DNA of 63,758 nucleotides, filler included, from Licmophora abbreviata (lineage: Eukaryota): assembly GCA_900291995.1 (NCBI GenBank). It is 13 parts of 13 records of this genome, joined end to end, with 100 filler letters (N's around TTAATTAATTAA, not from the genome) between each part and the next. Parts side by side here need not be neighbours in the genome. Positions count along the whole stretch, not along the records: positions 30,313 to 37,249 come from OLMU01000725.1; positions 37,350 to 46,126 come from OLMU01000726.1; positions 46,227 to 47,293 come from OLMU01000727.1; positions 47,394 to 49,329 come from OLMU01000729.1; 9 more parts are not named here. One strand, given 5' to 3'. Positions within the stretch are counted from its first letter, which is position 1; each line of letters starts with the position of its first letter. A program made the translations under genes and the position numbers. Below are positions 34,791-47,587 of this stretch, piece by piece. The notes under the pieces were generated by a model. That model saw only the letters and a program-made list of their open reading frames with translations, ran no database searches and had not been told where the DNA came from.

Positions 34791-37700
34791 ATGTCAGGTG
34801 CAGGTGATACTATGACAATGGAGGGATCTTCCAGCGCACAGAGTGTAGAGAGCGGCCCAGAGGGTGACGTGACTGCTGCCGTGGCGACCAGTACTGATCC
34901 TACGGAACGGCCGGGTGCGAACCAGCCAGTCGAGCCCATGATAGTGAAAACGGCGTCGGGGCTCTCGAACGATGCGGAGGCGCCAGTGATGAAGCGTGCC
35001 AATTCGGCCCCTACATCGCTGGAGGACTCGGACAGCCACCCCTTGCCGCCGCAGGCGAACGCAGAGGGAGGGCTGAAGCTATTGACAGTAAAGGAGAGAA
35101 CGATCTCCTTGTCGTCTGTCGCGTTGACTCAACATGCAGCTGGTGCCCCAATACCACCAGCGGCCCCAAATCAACAAGATTTTGACGAGTTCATCAACAG
35201 TCCGCGAGGACAAAATGTCATAGTTGAACGATCCCCTGGAGGACGTTATGTTCGTTTCATGGAGAAGCTAGGTAGCGGCGCAACCAAGGACGTGTACCGA
35301 GCGTACGACACGACAGAGGGCATCGAGGTGGCGTGGAACGTTGTTAACCTGGCTGGTGTCCCCAAGGCGGAGCGAAATCGTATTGTCAACGAAGTGAGGC
35401 TACTGGAAAGACTGCACCATCACAATATTATCAGTTTTCACGGCTCGTGGGTGAATCGCGAGAAGCAAGAGGTGAATTTTGTTACAGAAATCTTGTCCTC
35501 GGGGACTCTAAAGAATTTCATTAACAAGGTGCAGGTCATTCGATGGAAAATTGCAAAGCGATGGGCGACTCAGATTTTGAACGGTCTGGCATACTTGCAT
35601 TCGCAGGATCCACCTGTTATTCATCGCGATCTCAAGTGCGACAACATTTTCATTAATGGCACGAGCGGTGACCTGCGGATCGGCGATCTTGGTCTTAGCA
35701 CCGTACACCGACACGGGAAGGTTCTAAGCGTGCTGGGTACTCCCGAGTTCATGGCTCCGGACCTGTACGAGGAAGCGGCCTACGACGAGAAGGTTGACAT
35801 TTACGCATTTGGAATGTGTCTATTGGAGATCTTTACGAAGGAGATTCCGTACAAGGAGTGCAACAATCCTGCTCAAATCTACAAGAAGGTTATGGGAGGC
35901 ATTCCTCCCAGAAGCCTTGGTCGTCTTCGGAGTGAGGAAGCTCGAGATTTTATACTTTTATGTCTCGGCCAGAAAAATGAAGAGACAAATACATACGTCC
36001 GTCCAAGTGCGAGCGAACTGCTCAAACACCCGTTTCTTGCGAAGGGAGTTGACGATGATTCCGAGGTAGAGGTTGATCCCCCCCTTCAAGAGCGAGTCAT
36101 TACGGAAGAGCCAACAAGCGGAGTTCGGTCTGGAGGAGACCAAACGAGTGACCTGGGATCCACAGGCAGTGTCGAATCTGTTTCCGCCGTTGCCTCGCCT
36201 CACGCAGCTGCGCTGGCGCGCAAACAATCAAGGTACTCGCACAGCGAGTTCAGTGTCGATGAGGCAGACCAGTTCGAAGAAATGCCTGATAGCGAAGTGA
36301 ATATCCGAAAGGTGAAAGTGATGATGGGTCGTGGCCACGAGCTGGAAGAAGAGGATAACATGTCCACTTTGCAAGACACCGTACGAAGCCTGGATTCTAC
36401 CGGGATACCACTTCAGGAGTCGATGCGGAGTGTCGATTCGTTGACGTCAACCGAGCAGGTGGCGACGTCGCAGATGATAGCTATATCCGCCCCGGTTGGA
36501 GATGCGACCGAAGGAAGAAGCGACGACAGTCGTGGAAGCCAGACTCCACCGGACCAGCAATCCAAATTCTGTGTAGCAGCAGCGGTGATACAGGACGAGT
36601 CACCGCATGTCCGCCCTTACGACGATGACATACTGAAGCTTATCATTCGACTGCCAGTGGATGGCCAGACGCAGAATGTACAATTTGATTTCCATTTAGT
36701 TGAGGACGATCCCGTGCAGGTTGCAAAGGAAATGGTTGCGGAGCTTGGCATCCAAAAGGACGCGGTACTTGACATTAGCGAGACGGTCAGTGGCCTTGCG
36801 AGAAACGCGAGAATGAAACAGGAAAAGCACGTGCAGAGACAAAAATGGCAGCAAGAGCAGATGCATGCGCAACAGCAACAACAGTCGGGCACCCTGATGA
36901 ATCAGCAACCTCAACAGCCTCAGCAACAGTTTTCTCAGCCTGTCAACCCCGGAATGCAGCAGCAGATGGACCCGGTAGCGCAGCAACCGCCGCCACCACC
37001 CGTGCAGCAGCAGCAGCAGCAGCAACAACAGCCGGCTGCTTCGATTAGTCAGCATCAGATGCAGCAGCATCAGTTTGCTCAACCCGGAAATCCGGGAATT
37101 CAGCAGACTATGCAAGGAATGCAGCAGGCGCAGGCGGGACAACAGCAACTTCCCATATCGCACCCTCTTAGTCACAGCCTTCCCTCAAACGAAGCCATTC
37201 AGCAACAGCAACAGCATCAACCGGCCAGAATGGTGCAGCACGCTCCGCANNNNNNNNNNNNNNNNNNNNNNNNNNNNNNNNNNNNNNNNNNNNTTAATTA
37301 ATTAANNNNNNNNNNNNNNNNNNNNNNNNNNNNNNNNNNNNNNNNNNNNCTCAGCCCTCAGCATCCCAGCCTGCGAGCCAAGGAATGCCACCCGCTGGAT
37401 TTGCGCAAGGACAGCAGCCACAGATGCAACAGGTGGGACAAGGACAGCAGCCTCCCGCCGTCGCAACTGCACAACCGCGACCACAACAGCAGACGGAGAG
37501 TGGACCACAACAACAGTCGATACAGCCTACGAACCACGGTCACGGCCCCATGCACGCGATTCATCCAAACCAGGGTCAAGTTCAGCTCCAGCCCCCGCAC
37601 GCGGAGTCCAACGGCGACAGAAGTCGTCAAATACAGGGACCGATGCAGTATCCAGCGCCTTTGACATCTCAACAGCAGTATCAGGGGACATCTCTAGGAG

Positions 37701-38443
37701 CGCCAGAGTACCAAAGCGTTCCCGGCCCGACCGCTGCGCAGGATCAGAATGGCCCACAAGCAGGCCCTGAAGACACACCGGGCCACCAGATGTATGCGTC
37801 CGGACAAGTTCCACCTCTCCACCCCTCCAAAGCAACAGCTGCAGCAGGGAACGCTTCGACGCCTTCACTGCACGGGAGTCTTTCAAGCTTGGCGGATTCT
37901 AGGCGAACGTCACAATCGTTATCTTCTTCTAGCCTGCGAGAAGACCTTCTTGAGTCCGATGGCGACACGGACGATCTATCAGGCGACGATGACAGGAGTG
38001 ACGAGGGAAGTGAAGTCGGAGAGGAGCTGCGGCGCCTCGACGAGGACTTTCAGAAGAACTTGCTTCGCGCTCAAAAGGTGTTTGACAGCCGCATGGATAA
38101 CCTCCACCGATCCAAAGAGGAAAAAGAAGCGCAGCACCTCAAGACGCTAGAAAAGCACGAAAAGGAAAAGGTCGAGTTCGAAAAGCGTGTAAAACAGGCC
38201 GAGAAGGAACAGTCGCGAAGGATAGAACAATTACAAAAGGAGTGGGACCGTAAGCGCGAGGATCTGGCCAAGCACAAGAAGAAGCCCGGAGAGCAGTCCA
38301 ACTCGACGCCCGCATCGCCGACAGTGGAGAAGCGTCTTGCGTCTTCCAAGTCGCCGCCTCCGATGCACCCTCTCGCTACAGACCCTGTCGAAAGTGAAGT
38401 GGTACCGCAGGAAGATTATCAGACTGGAGCGCCGCCAAGATGA
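34791..38443 (+). CDS. WNK: WNK-family Ser/Thr kinase with poly-Q region and C-terminal coiled coil (gap at 37250-37349)
   Basis: LGSGATKDVYRAYD..GIEVAWN (catalytic Lys moved to subdomain I), IHRDLKCDNIF, IGDLGL, SVLGTPEFMAP, CCT/PF2-like VQFDFHLVEDDPVQVAKEMV. Confidence 0.92.
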
Positions 38444-38591
38444 CGACACTCTCATGCTTTTTCCCGGTCTCGTCCATGATGGAGCACGGATGCGTGAAGT
38501 GGCATGTGTGGATGTACTTTTATTAAATGTTCTACGCGGCTAATGATGCCGTAAGATGCAGCTGTAACTCCATTCTGCTCTCTTTGTATGG

Positions 38592-39125
38592 TCACACGAG
38601 AACATTTGCGTAGAGGAGCGCTCCACAGACACCCAGCCCCACGACCCGATTGTGCAGAATCATTCGCTTTTCCGTTGAACCAAAAAAGTACAAGTAGTAA
38701 CGATAGCTGACGAAGAATCCAAAAAAATCGTTCCACACATCTTCCTTCCGTCTCAGGAATTCACAAGACTTGTTGGCCAGTCGTTGCACACCCACGACGC
38801 TTCCGAACATTGCCGCGTTGTAAGGCACCGAAGCTAGTGATACGGGCGCAGGTCGAAATACTCCAGTGGCAGCTTCTGCAATTTACATAGTTGGGCAGGA
38901 TTGCGATTGAGTATCGACGCATAAGCGAGCTTAAAAATAAGTACAAGACTTATATAGTATGATAGCACCTTTCGTACCTGCTAATGCGCCCGCACTGCCC
39001 GGCGCGTGAAATGGTGTGACGGCCCCCCAGATTGCACCGCACAAAGAACCTCTCAGAAACTGATAAACGCCCTCTGCCACAACCGTCGATGGCGTTACCA
39101 TCGACACATAGCCTCGCGGATCCAT
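38592..39125 (-). CDS. Tim17/Tim22-family membrane protein (exons 39125-38978, ~38875-38592)
   Basis: GSLCGAIWG; NAAMFGSVVGV..CEFLRRKEDVWN family motif. Confidence 0.6.
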
Positions 39126-39395
39126 TGCTTGCTATCTGAAAACGAAAAGGCCAGGGGGGAAAGGCAGGGAGAGAATAATCAATCACACAAGAAGAGAAAA
39201 GACGAGAAATACCACTCTCCCCTTTCGTCGTCGCGTCGTCACGCGGTGCTCCAGGGTTCGCATCAACCGAACTCACGAAATTGCGGGCCGAGTTCCGAGT
39301 GAAAGCGAAACAATACCAGCATGTTGAATGTAGGACCTACCAGGTACAGAAAAAGTGACGCAAACTGAAGATGAAACGAGAAGTAGAGTCACCCA

Positions 39396-39763
39396 TGGCA
39401 CTCTCCTTCCCCCGACTGCTCGCTTTGTATTGTGCACTGGACAGTATTAGCGGGAAATATACAGCAATGGTGGTGGATGCCTCCATGCTTCGATCGAGCA
39501 GTGTATCAACCAGTGAAAAAGCAGATACACATGTTGACGCCAATGCTGGCACGGACACTCCAAATACTCTGTGGGACTGTCTCATGGCCGGATCGGATGG
39601 TGCGGCGTGCGCAGCGAACTCGAACAATACCTGCACATGGTGCGCAGAACCAGTCTATGGTCTTTGCGTAACTCCTAATGTAGCCGAGAAGCTTCGTCGA
39701 TTTCCAATCTTCCAGTGTACCGATAACCTTGGCAACTCCACGAAGATCAACGAGTACTTGTAG
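39396..39763 (+). CDS. Small Cys-containing protein of unknown function, possibly secreted
   Basis: ORF with hydrophobic N-terminus and DCL..C..CTWC..GLCV..FQC pattern. Confidence 0.5.
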
Positions 39764-39837
39764 CCCTCTAGTTTGAAGCCCGCAGCTAGGACGTCATTCA
39801 TGATGAAGAAACTATAAAACATAATGAATTAACTTTG

Positions 39838-42800
39838 TTATCCCTGGTACTGCCAATGCACACCGGACGGAAAGATCGGATTAGGCGGTTTCTGTTCGAA
39901 TGCTGAGAGGATACCGCTGATTTTCGAGTTGGACTTGGGGGTTCTGCTTCGAGGAGCAGCCACAGCGCGCGGGTTCCGCGGGGTAGTGGCAGTTGAATCA
40001 TTCGCCTTTTTTGGTCCATTCGTCGATTCATCTGACGGCGCATGCGGCGAATTGACAGAGTCAGATCCTGTTCCCAGCAGACTGTCATTGTGGCGCAGAG
40101 ATGCCAGGCTTCTCTTACGCCTGCTAGCTTTGATCGCATCGCGAGAAGGAAAGTGGCGTGGTGGCTTCTGCTTTGATGACGAAGAGGTCTTCGTGCGAGT
40201 TTCCTCACGCGTGCGCTTGGCGGGCGGCTCTTCGGAGACTAGAACACGCTCAGGCGACACCTCTTGATTCAGTAGGGACGAAGGACCTGGTGATTCATCA
40301 TCTCGAGAAGGCTTGCCGGAAAAGTGATTCTTCTCCTTTTGCGATGAAGGAAGTCTAGACACCTCGGGTGCAGGCGATCCTGCCTCCCTGATGGGAGACA
40401 CAGAGCTCTCAGCAATGGGATGGCGCAATGCCGGAGTTTCAAGAGTCGTCTGAACACTAAAAGGAGTAATCCCGAGCCTTGATTCATCAGACTGCACCGA
40501 GGATTGAATATCTTCCTCCGACCCGGAGCGAGATATTGCGTGCACACCAGAACCCTGCTGGAACGCGGCGCGTTCCTGAGACGATGCAGTGGTCTCTTTT
40601 TTTATCTCCTCCTGCTCAATGTGGTGACTGATCTCCACGTCTTCCGGAGTGTGACTCGCAGCCTTGTTACCTCGCAAACCGTATCTCTGCAGAAAGTTGC
40701 TTCGCTTAAGTGTCTTCTTCTCCTCATTATTACGCTCAACATGGCTGACCTCGATTGACTCCTGAGGAGGGGGGCTTTCCACCGGCCTTGGAGGCTCATC
40801 TAGTCCATACTTCCTCATGAACTTGTCGCGCGACTCAGAAGCGGCAGCTTCCTCTTGCTCGACATGCTCTGTCGGCGTTTGCTCACTGAAGGCATCTCTC
40901 GACTTGCTTTCTGTCTGCTGCGGGGTTTTCACAATGTCTGACGTCTGAAGTCCGTACTTGTTGACAAACGCTTCGCGAGACTCTGTCGCAGCGCCCCCTT
41001 CCTGCCTCTGTGGCTCATTCTGGCCTTTCTGCTTTGCTGGATTATTTATTAGCCCATATCTCGAAGCAAACACTTCACGCGCTTTTTGCTGGGCGGGTGA
41101 CTTTTGCAGACCCGCCTGAGCCTCATGGCGATGGTCGTCTACTAGAGGACTCGACCTGACCACTTGAGAGGATTTAGACGGAGTCTCCTTGTCTCTCGAC
41201 ACTTCGTTTGCCCTCCTCAGCACTGATTTGGACGTGTTGTCCACAATCTCGGTAGACTGATAGCCACTGCTCACCTCGCTGGAACCTCGTTGGGGAGGAC
41301 TGCCTACCGCTCCGGGTGACGACCGAGCGGAAGGTCTCTCAGGTCTTGGAAAATTCGCCGCGCTGCGGACCGCGTTCGATGAAGGCGGTGGAGTCTCTGC
41401 CGGTGCCGAAGCTTGTTCCGGGTGGAATCTTTTGTCATTCTGAAATCTGCTTAGAAGAGCCTTTGCTGCCTTTAGCGGATTGCTTGAGTCCCGCACGGAA
41501 GGAAGCGGCCTTGCACTTGAAGCATCCCCACCGGAGAAGAAGAGTTCGGACTCCCGTTCCAAAAATCCAGAGTTCGACTCAGTAGACCAACTGCTTACGC
41601 GATCAGCTTCTGGTCTCGCCTTCTGTCCAGCCTCTAGCTTTTGCGGCAACCTTGAGGTCGATTTCATCTCTGATGACTTTCGAAGGGCACTTACAGAATC
41701 ACTGAGTACATCATAGCTGACTTCTGGGTCTGCGGTAATGTCGCTCCCAGCTATATCATTCTTCTCAAGTTCTTCTTCTAATGACCTTCTCTCTCGCTTT
41801 CGTTCATAGCGTTTTACATAGAGGGAAAGTTTGTGGACCTCTCTGATCATGTCATCGGTTTGGAACGATCCCGATTCCTTCCCGGTTGAGTTACTCTCGT
41901 TCCGCGATAGTGAATCTCGGTCAACTGCTGCATTAGATGCAATGTCGTTCAAAGACCCTTCGGCAATTGGAGACGTACGCACCGCTGCTGATGAGTGACC
42001 GTCCGAGACAGGTGAGGAGCGAAGAACCGCCAACCGATTTTTCGAAGGTGGTGGTCGCTCGCCTGACATGGAAGCAAGAGATTCCAAAAGCTCCTTTGCG
42101 GGATCGAACTCAGCATCACTCCCCTCGTCCGTGCTATGTCTTCGAGGGGCAGCAGCGATACCAGTTGCATTCCACTCAATTCCTTGAAAAACGTCGTCCT
42201 GCTCTGAGCCCTCTACAGACGGATCGACTTCGTCACCATACGGAAATGAACGGACGCTGCGTGTCCCACCAACGGATCCTTCCGGACCGAACCCCTTTCG
42301 ATGCTTCTCATCAACAACCTCGAAGCCATCACTATCTTCCTGAGCACCAAGCGGCGTGAATCCTCCAGCCATTGCATACTGGGCTGGATAATGAGATTGA
42401 ACTTCCTCTTCATCGTACAGCTATATGATTACAATGCCAGTGATGCCGTGAGCAAGACCAACTCATACGACAAAGGAGCATCGCCACTCCACACAGCATT
42501 CTTAATTCTTACCTGTCGCTTCTCTTCATAGTCTTCCCACGCTCGACGATCCAAAGACGCAGCCAACTTCAGCTCTCTAGCGAATTGATCCCTTTCCGTC
42601 TCGGAAGACTCACTTTCGAGGCCATTGTATGAACTCGACGAGGAATCATCATCGTTGGTCGCCGCCGTGACAGCTGCAATCCTGGCTGCACTCTGGGGTA
42701 CACTCGCGCGGAGCGCTCGATTATTCTCTCTAGTGCTTGCGGTTGGCGCAACGCTTGCAACCGTTGACGACTTGCGCGGGTCATAAACCCCCTGTTCCCG

Positions 42801-44231
42801 TTCCCGTTTTCGTCGCGCCTTCTTTTTACTTTGCTTCTTCCAAAAGACATAACCATACCCGACTAAGCTTGCTGCTGCTAAAGCGACGAGACTGAACCCC
42901 ACAACAATCGCTGCAACACTGGGACCATCGTCACTTGATTCCTCTAGAACTTCAGCCTGTGCACTTGAAACCGACTGCAGCGCTGTCGTCTCTGAGTTCA
43001 TCTGCAGATATTCCGTTAGGGCAGCACTGTCCTCTAATGCAGTACGCGATGCTTCCAAAATCTCCTGATCCAACTGTTTCTGATCTACCTCGGCGTCTTC
43101 AGCAACCCCAACAACTGTGTCCCCCTCGACCAGAAATGTTGCTTCTGTACTACTAGCCTGGAGAAATCGCCCCCCGACAAAGATATTTTCGCGTTTCTCT
43201 CGCGGGTTTTCTCTGGACCCTGACGTTGATGCGCTCACCGACAGCTCGACCGGTGTCACCGATAAAATGACATCGAGAAGCGAAACATCATCGCTGTCGC
43301 TATATCCGCTCATGGATTCGAGAAAATAATCCGCCAGGGTCGTCTCCAAATCTTCAGCAATTGCCTCCAGCTCACTGCCTGATGCCTGCAACTGTCGTGT
43401 TCGCAACAATAATTTTCGTCTCGTCGAGTCAAAGGCCAACATAAGCTGAAATGGCGGCAGCGGTACCGACAACATGTTGGGAGTCGTCGGAGAGAGAGTT
43501 GGTTTCGGCGGTAAGGCGGTTGTTGGGCCGGGCGAGGCGTCCGTTGGCTTGGTAGGCGAAGAGGTGTCGGGGTCGACCGCGTCAAAGGTTGGCGAAAATG
43601 TTGGTTCCCTAGTCACTGCTGGAGTCGGGTTCACTGTAGGACTGGCGGTCGGATTAACGGTCGGACTCGCCGAGACAGGCATGTGAGACGGAGAAACAGA
43701 TGGCAAAAGCGAAGTTACAGTAAAAGTCGGCTCCCAAGTTGGACCTGGCGTTGGCATGCTCGTCGGCATCTCCGTGGGCGCTGAGGTTGGGCTCGGTGTC
43801 GGTTTAAATGTCGGCGACATACTGGGTCCATCCGACGGTGAGCTGGACGGCCTCGACGTGGGCGCATACGAGGGGAATGCAGAAGGCGAAGGAGACGGTC
43901 CCATGGTTTCCGTAGGGCTACTCGTTGTCGGCGAAAAAGATGTCGATGGTGAAAAAGAAGGATATAACGAAGGTGATGGCGATGGCCTGGGGGAGTCCGT
44001 GGGCAGAGGTGTTACATTCTCCTCGGGGGGAGGCAGCACCTGCGTTGCGGTGTCGTTCGCGAAGCTGCCTGATTGGAAGGGGTCCTCATACGCCACGAGA
44101 ACGAACGGCAAGGAGCACAATACAGTCCAGGATATCAGCACCCGTGCCATACTTCCTACAGACATCCATTGAGGTCTCCTTCGCTTCCCTTTTATCCGGG
44201 ATTGCCGATCCTGCATCCTCACGTGTGCCAC
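39838..44231 (-). CDS. Large type I membrane protein: P/S/T mucin-like ectodomain, RxL motifs, TM, long disordered tail (intron ~42512-42421)
   Basis: Splice EKRQ|LYDEEE joins the 600 aa and 844 aa ORFs in frame; PSxSP/PT repeats; TM VAAIVVGFSLVALAAASLVGYGYVFW followed by a K/R cluster. Confidence 0.75.
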
Positions 44232-45093
44232 AAAATGGTGCCACGATACGAGCGATGCTTTTTAGACCGTGTGTCGTGGATTGGTTCGAATTTGATTGTT
44301 TCCCCTTTGGTAACAAAAAAGTCAGTGTCCGTGGCACCCTTTCGCTGGATTCAATGAATCACTTCTGTCTAGGCAGGTAGGAAGGTGCTCCGTTGCGACT
44401 CCTGCTTCTCCATTGCGACAACGCCAATGCAGACGTGTGACGTTGAGAGGAGTTTGCAGAGAAAGAGAGATGCTCGTCCAGTCGTTTTTTGGCGAGACTC
44501 GACTCCTTGGCGCTTACCAAGGCATGGCAGTCCGTATGTCCAACCTATTCAAATGGAAGTCCGACAAACGGAAATCATGAGAGACGCGGGGGAGTGCATC
44601 CGCGAACAGGTCTACCTACTTATATTTACCTACGTGACTTAAGGACGAAATAGTCCGAAAAATTAGTAATCTCAACGGAAACGGTTTCCGTTGACAGCGT
44701 TGCTTCGAAAGTCGTTTCCCGCCCCACTGCGACTGCGAGCGTATGCACCCTGTACTCGACTATACTGAACTCCTACTAGAGGTAAGTGCCATAATAGCTA
44801 GAGCGAAGAACGACGACAGTACGTCGATTTTATTCTTTGGCACATAACTTCGGCATGTGGTCCTCTTTGCTCAGCCAATGAAACCTGGAAAGGAGCCACC
44901 AGGCGTTTGAGTCGTTCAACTCTGTCACAATCCCAGTTACCCGTGAAGCGGAAGACCTTTTCAACACTAGTACTACTGTAGCTAGAAATAGTTCTACCAG
45001 ATGAAAGAATAGGATCTCAGCTTTTTCTCTAGAAAAGGCGGGGGTATGCCGATGATGCAGATACGCGCTAGATGGGCGAAATCCGGTGCGCGC

Positions 45094-45267
45094 TGTTGGG
45101 AGATGTCTTTTTATCAATTCTAGGCGAAGAAAGCCTCTTGGGATCGATGACTCTCGCTGCAAAGGCGCAGCTCTCTCAAGCTCACTTCTATCGAATAATC
45201 TAGTAGACAACAGTGATTTAGTGTAAGGCTACATCCGATCATCCTAGTGTTTGAATCACTTCCAACA
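45094..45267 (+). repeat. 5' LTR (174 bp)
   Basis: Begins TGTTGGGAG, ends CTTCCAACA; last ~35 nt match 47394-47429. Confidence 0.85.
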
Positions 45268-45484
45268 TTATTCGATAGAAGCCCTCGGGAGCCCTATCGG
45301 AACATAGGAACGAGGTGGCCTTGATACAGGAACATCATCGCCAGAGTCATCGTGCGGTCATTCTCAACGGACGAGAATCACGCCCAACGATACATCACAT
45401 CGCGCCTCATCACATCACGACTTCGATAGCAACATCGACATCGTGAGACAAGTGAACAGCGCACACAAGCAACCCTCTAACACC

Positions 45485-47293
45485 ATGAGTGGTAGAGGCG
45501 GACGCGGCCGAGGTGGCCGTAGCAGCGGTCGAGGACGTGGCCGCGGGAGGAACTACACGAGCCCGAGGAAGACCGCGAAGAAAGGACTTTGCGAAGCACT
45601 CGTAGCCAACGTGTTTGATTATGGACAGAAGGCGTCCGCAGACCTCATGCGGACTACATGGGAGAAACTGGTACAATATGTCGGTACCAACTATGGAACA
45701 GAGATCAATGAGGAGTTGAAGACGAAGACGCGAGTAACGATCCCGGCGCCAGCATACAGCGAAGCAATCATGGCACGCCATACAGCCAGGGAAGCAATGG
45801 TTCGAGCAGGTCAGAACAACATCCAGGCGGTCCGCAGGGCAAAGCTTGTAAGGCTACAAGCGGTAGACCCGAGTGTTGACCCGGATGCTGACATCAAAGT
45901 GGCAAACCTCATGAACGAGATTGCCGAGACGGACTATGAGATGCAACAGGACATCCCCATCAAGCTGACGGAAAGCGAGAAGTCAGAACGGGACAGCGAG
46001 CTCCGCACGTATCGTGAACTACAGAACCAGCTGAAGAAGCAGCGTGTTCAAGTGTTCAACCTCATGCACGGACAGTGCACTCAGTTGCTCCAGGACAAGA
46101 TGAAGCAGGATCTTGACTGGCACACCNNNNNNNNNNNNNNNNNNNNNNNNNNNNNNNNNNNNNNNNNNNNTTAATTAATTAANNNNNNNNNNNNNNNNNN
46201 NNNNNNNNNNNNNNNNNNNNNNNNNNCAAGAAGAGCGGTAACCGGAGCGGAAAAAGCGGAGGCAGCAAGGACTTCGACAAGAGCTACTGGAAAGACAAGG
46301 AGTGCTACAAGTGCGGCCAAAAGGGCCACCCAGCCTCCAGCTGCACCAAGGAAGACGATGATACGAAATCAGTCAATAGCAAGTCCGACAGTATCAAGAA
46401 ACTATCAAAAGACATGAAGAGCATCAAGAAGAAATTCTCGACGGTGAACGCACAGCTGAAGCAGGTGCGAGAGAACGACTCAGACCTATCGGACTCAGAA
46501 GACGAAAGCGATGAGATTTCCCATTTCCAAGTTGGGGAATACCAGACGAGCTTCCAGTTTACGCAATTGGAACACCACTTTGAGCCAAAGATCGAGGATC
46601 TATTCAATCAGTCGTCGCAGAAGAGCAAGTCGCGTGAATTGGATCTCAAGGAGATCATTCTTCTCGACAGCCAATCAACGATGGACTTGATTTGCAACCC
46701 TAAGCTCGTCGAGAAGATATACAAAGCTGAAGGAAACATGCAGCTAAGAAGCAACGGCGGATCGATGCTAGTGACCAAGAAGGCCAGGATTACGGGGTAC
46801 GACGCCGAGGTGTGGTTCAGTAAGCGTGCGATCACTAACATTATCGCCCTCAAGAACATCACGCGTCAGTACCGAGTCACCTACGACAGTGACGATGGGA
46901 TGTTCATCGTGCACAGAGAGTCCGACGGGAAGCCGAATATGCAATTCAGGATGCATAGCAGCGGTCTCCACTACTTCGACCCCAGAGATGACAGCTTCAC
47001 GTTCGTCAATACCGTTAGCGAGAATAAAAAGAACTTCACCAAGCGACAGATTCAAAATGCAGAAGTAGCAAGGAGTCTGTACGCGAAGCTCAGTTACCCA
47101 TCAATGAAGGATTTCAAGTGGGTCATACGAAGCAATCAGATCAAGGACTGTCCAGTCACAGTCAAAGATATCGACGTCGCCACGAAGATCTACGGAAAGG
47201 ATATCGCGGCGCTCAAAGGAAAGACCACCAGACGCAAACCCATGCCGGTGGCAAAGGACACTGTGAAGATTCCCAAGGAGTTCATGAAGCTCC
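45485..47293 (+). CDS. Gag-Pol polyprotein, partial
   Basis: RGG-rich N-terminus, CYKCGQKGHPASSC zinc knuckle, ILLDSQST protease, ARSLYAKLSYPS..IKDCPVT..ALKGKTTR region typical of diatom copia elements. Confidence 0.85.
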
Positions 47294-47393
47294 NNNNNNN
47301 NNNNNNNNNNNNNNNNNNNNNNNNNNNNNNNNNNNNNTTAATTAATTAANNNNNNNNNNNNNNNNNNNNNNNNNNNNNNNNNNNNNNNNNNNN

Positions 47394-47429
47394 ATCCGAT
47401 CATCCTAGTGTTTGAGCTCACTTCCAACA
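47394..47429 (+). repeat. 3' LTR end (rest lost in gap)
   Basis: atccgatcatcctagtgtttgagctcacttccaaca followed by the TSD. Confidence 0.85.
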
Positions 47430-47587
47430 CGCGCGTCGGCTGGGCATGAGACTTCACTCACCCCACAGGGCATCGATCATCCCAACAGATCGTGCCCTAT
47501 CGCACCGGGTTACCAGTAACAAGTGGTCAACAAAAAATAAAATGGAACATGTATCTTATCCGCTTAGTACAGCCTACTAGTAGTCCT

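Larger units (their letters stand above)
45094..47429 (+). mobile_element. Ty1/copia LTR retrotransposon (CoDi-like), internal part collapsed by two gaps
   Basis: TGTTGG...CCAACA termini; LTR end repeated at 47394-47429; 5-bp TSD CGCGC at 45089-45093 and 47430-47434; gag, CCHC knuckle and protease followed by a pre-integrase-like region. Confidence 0.9.
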
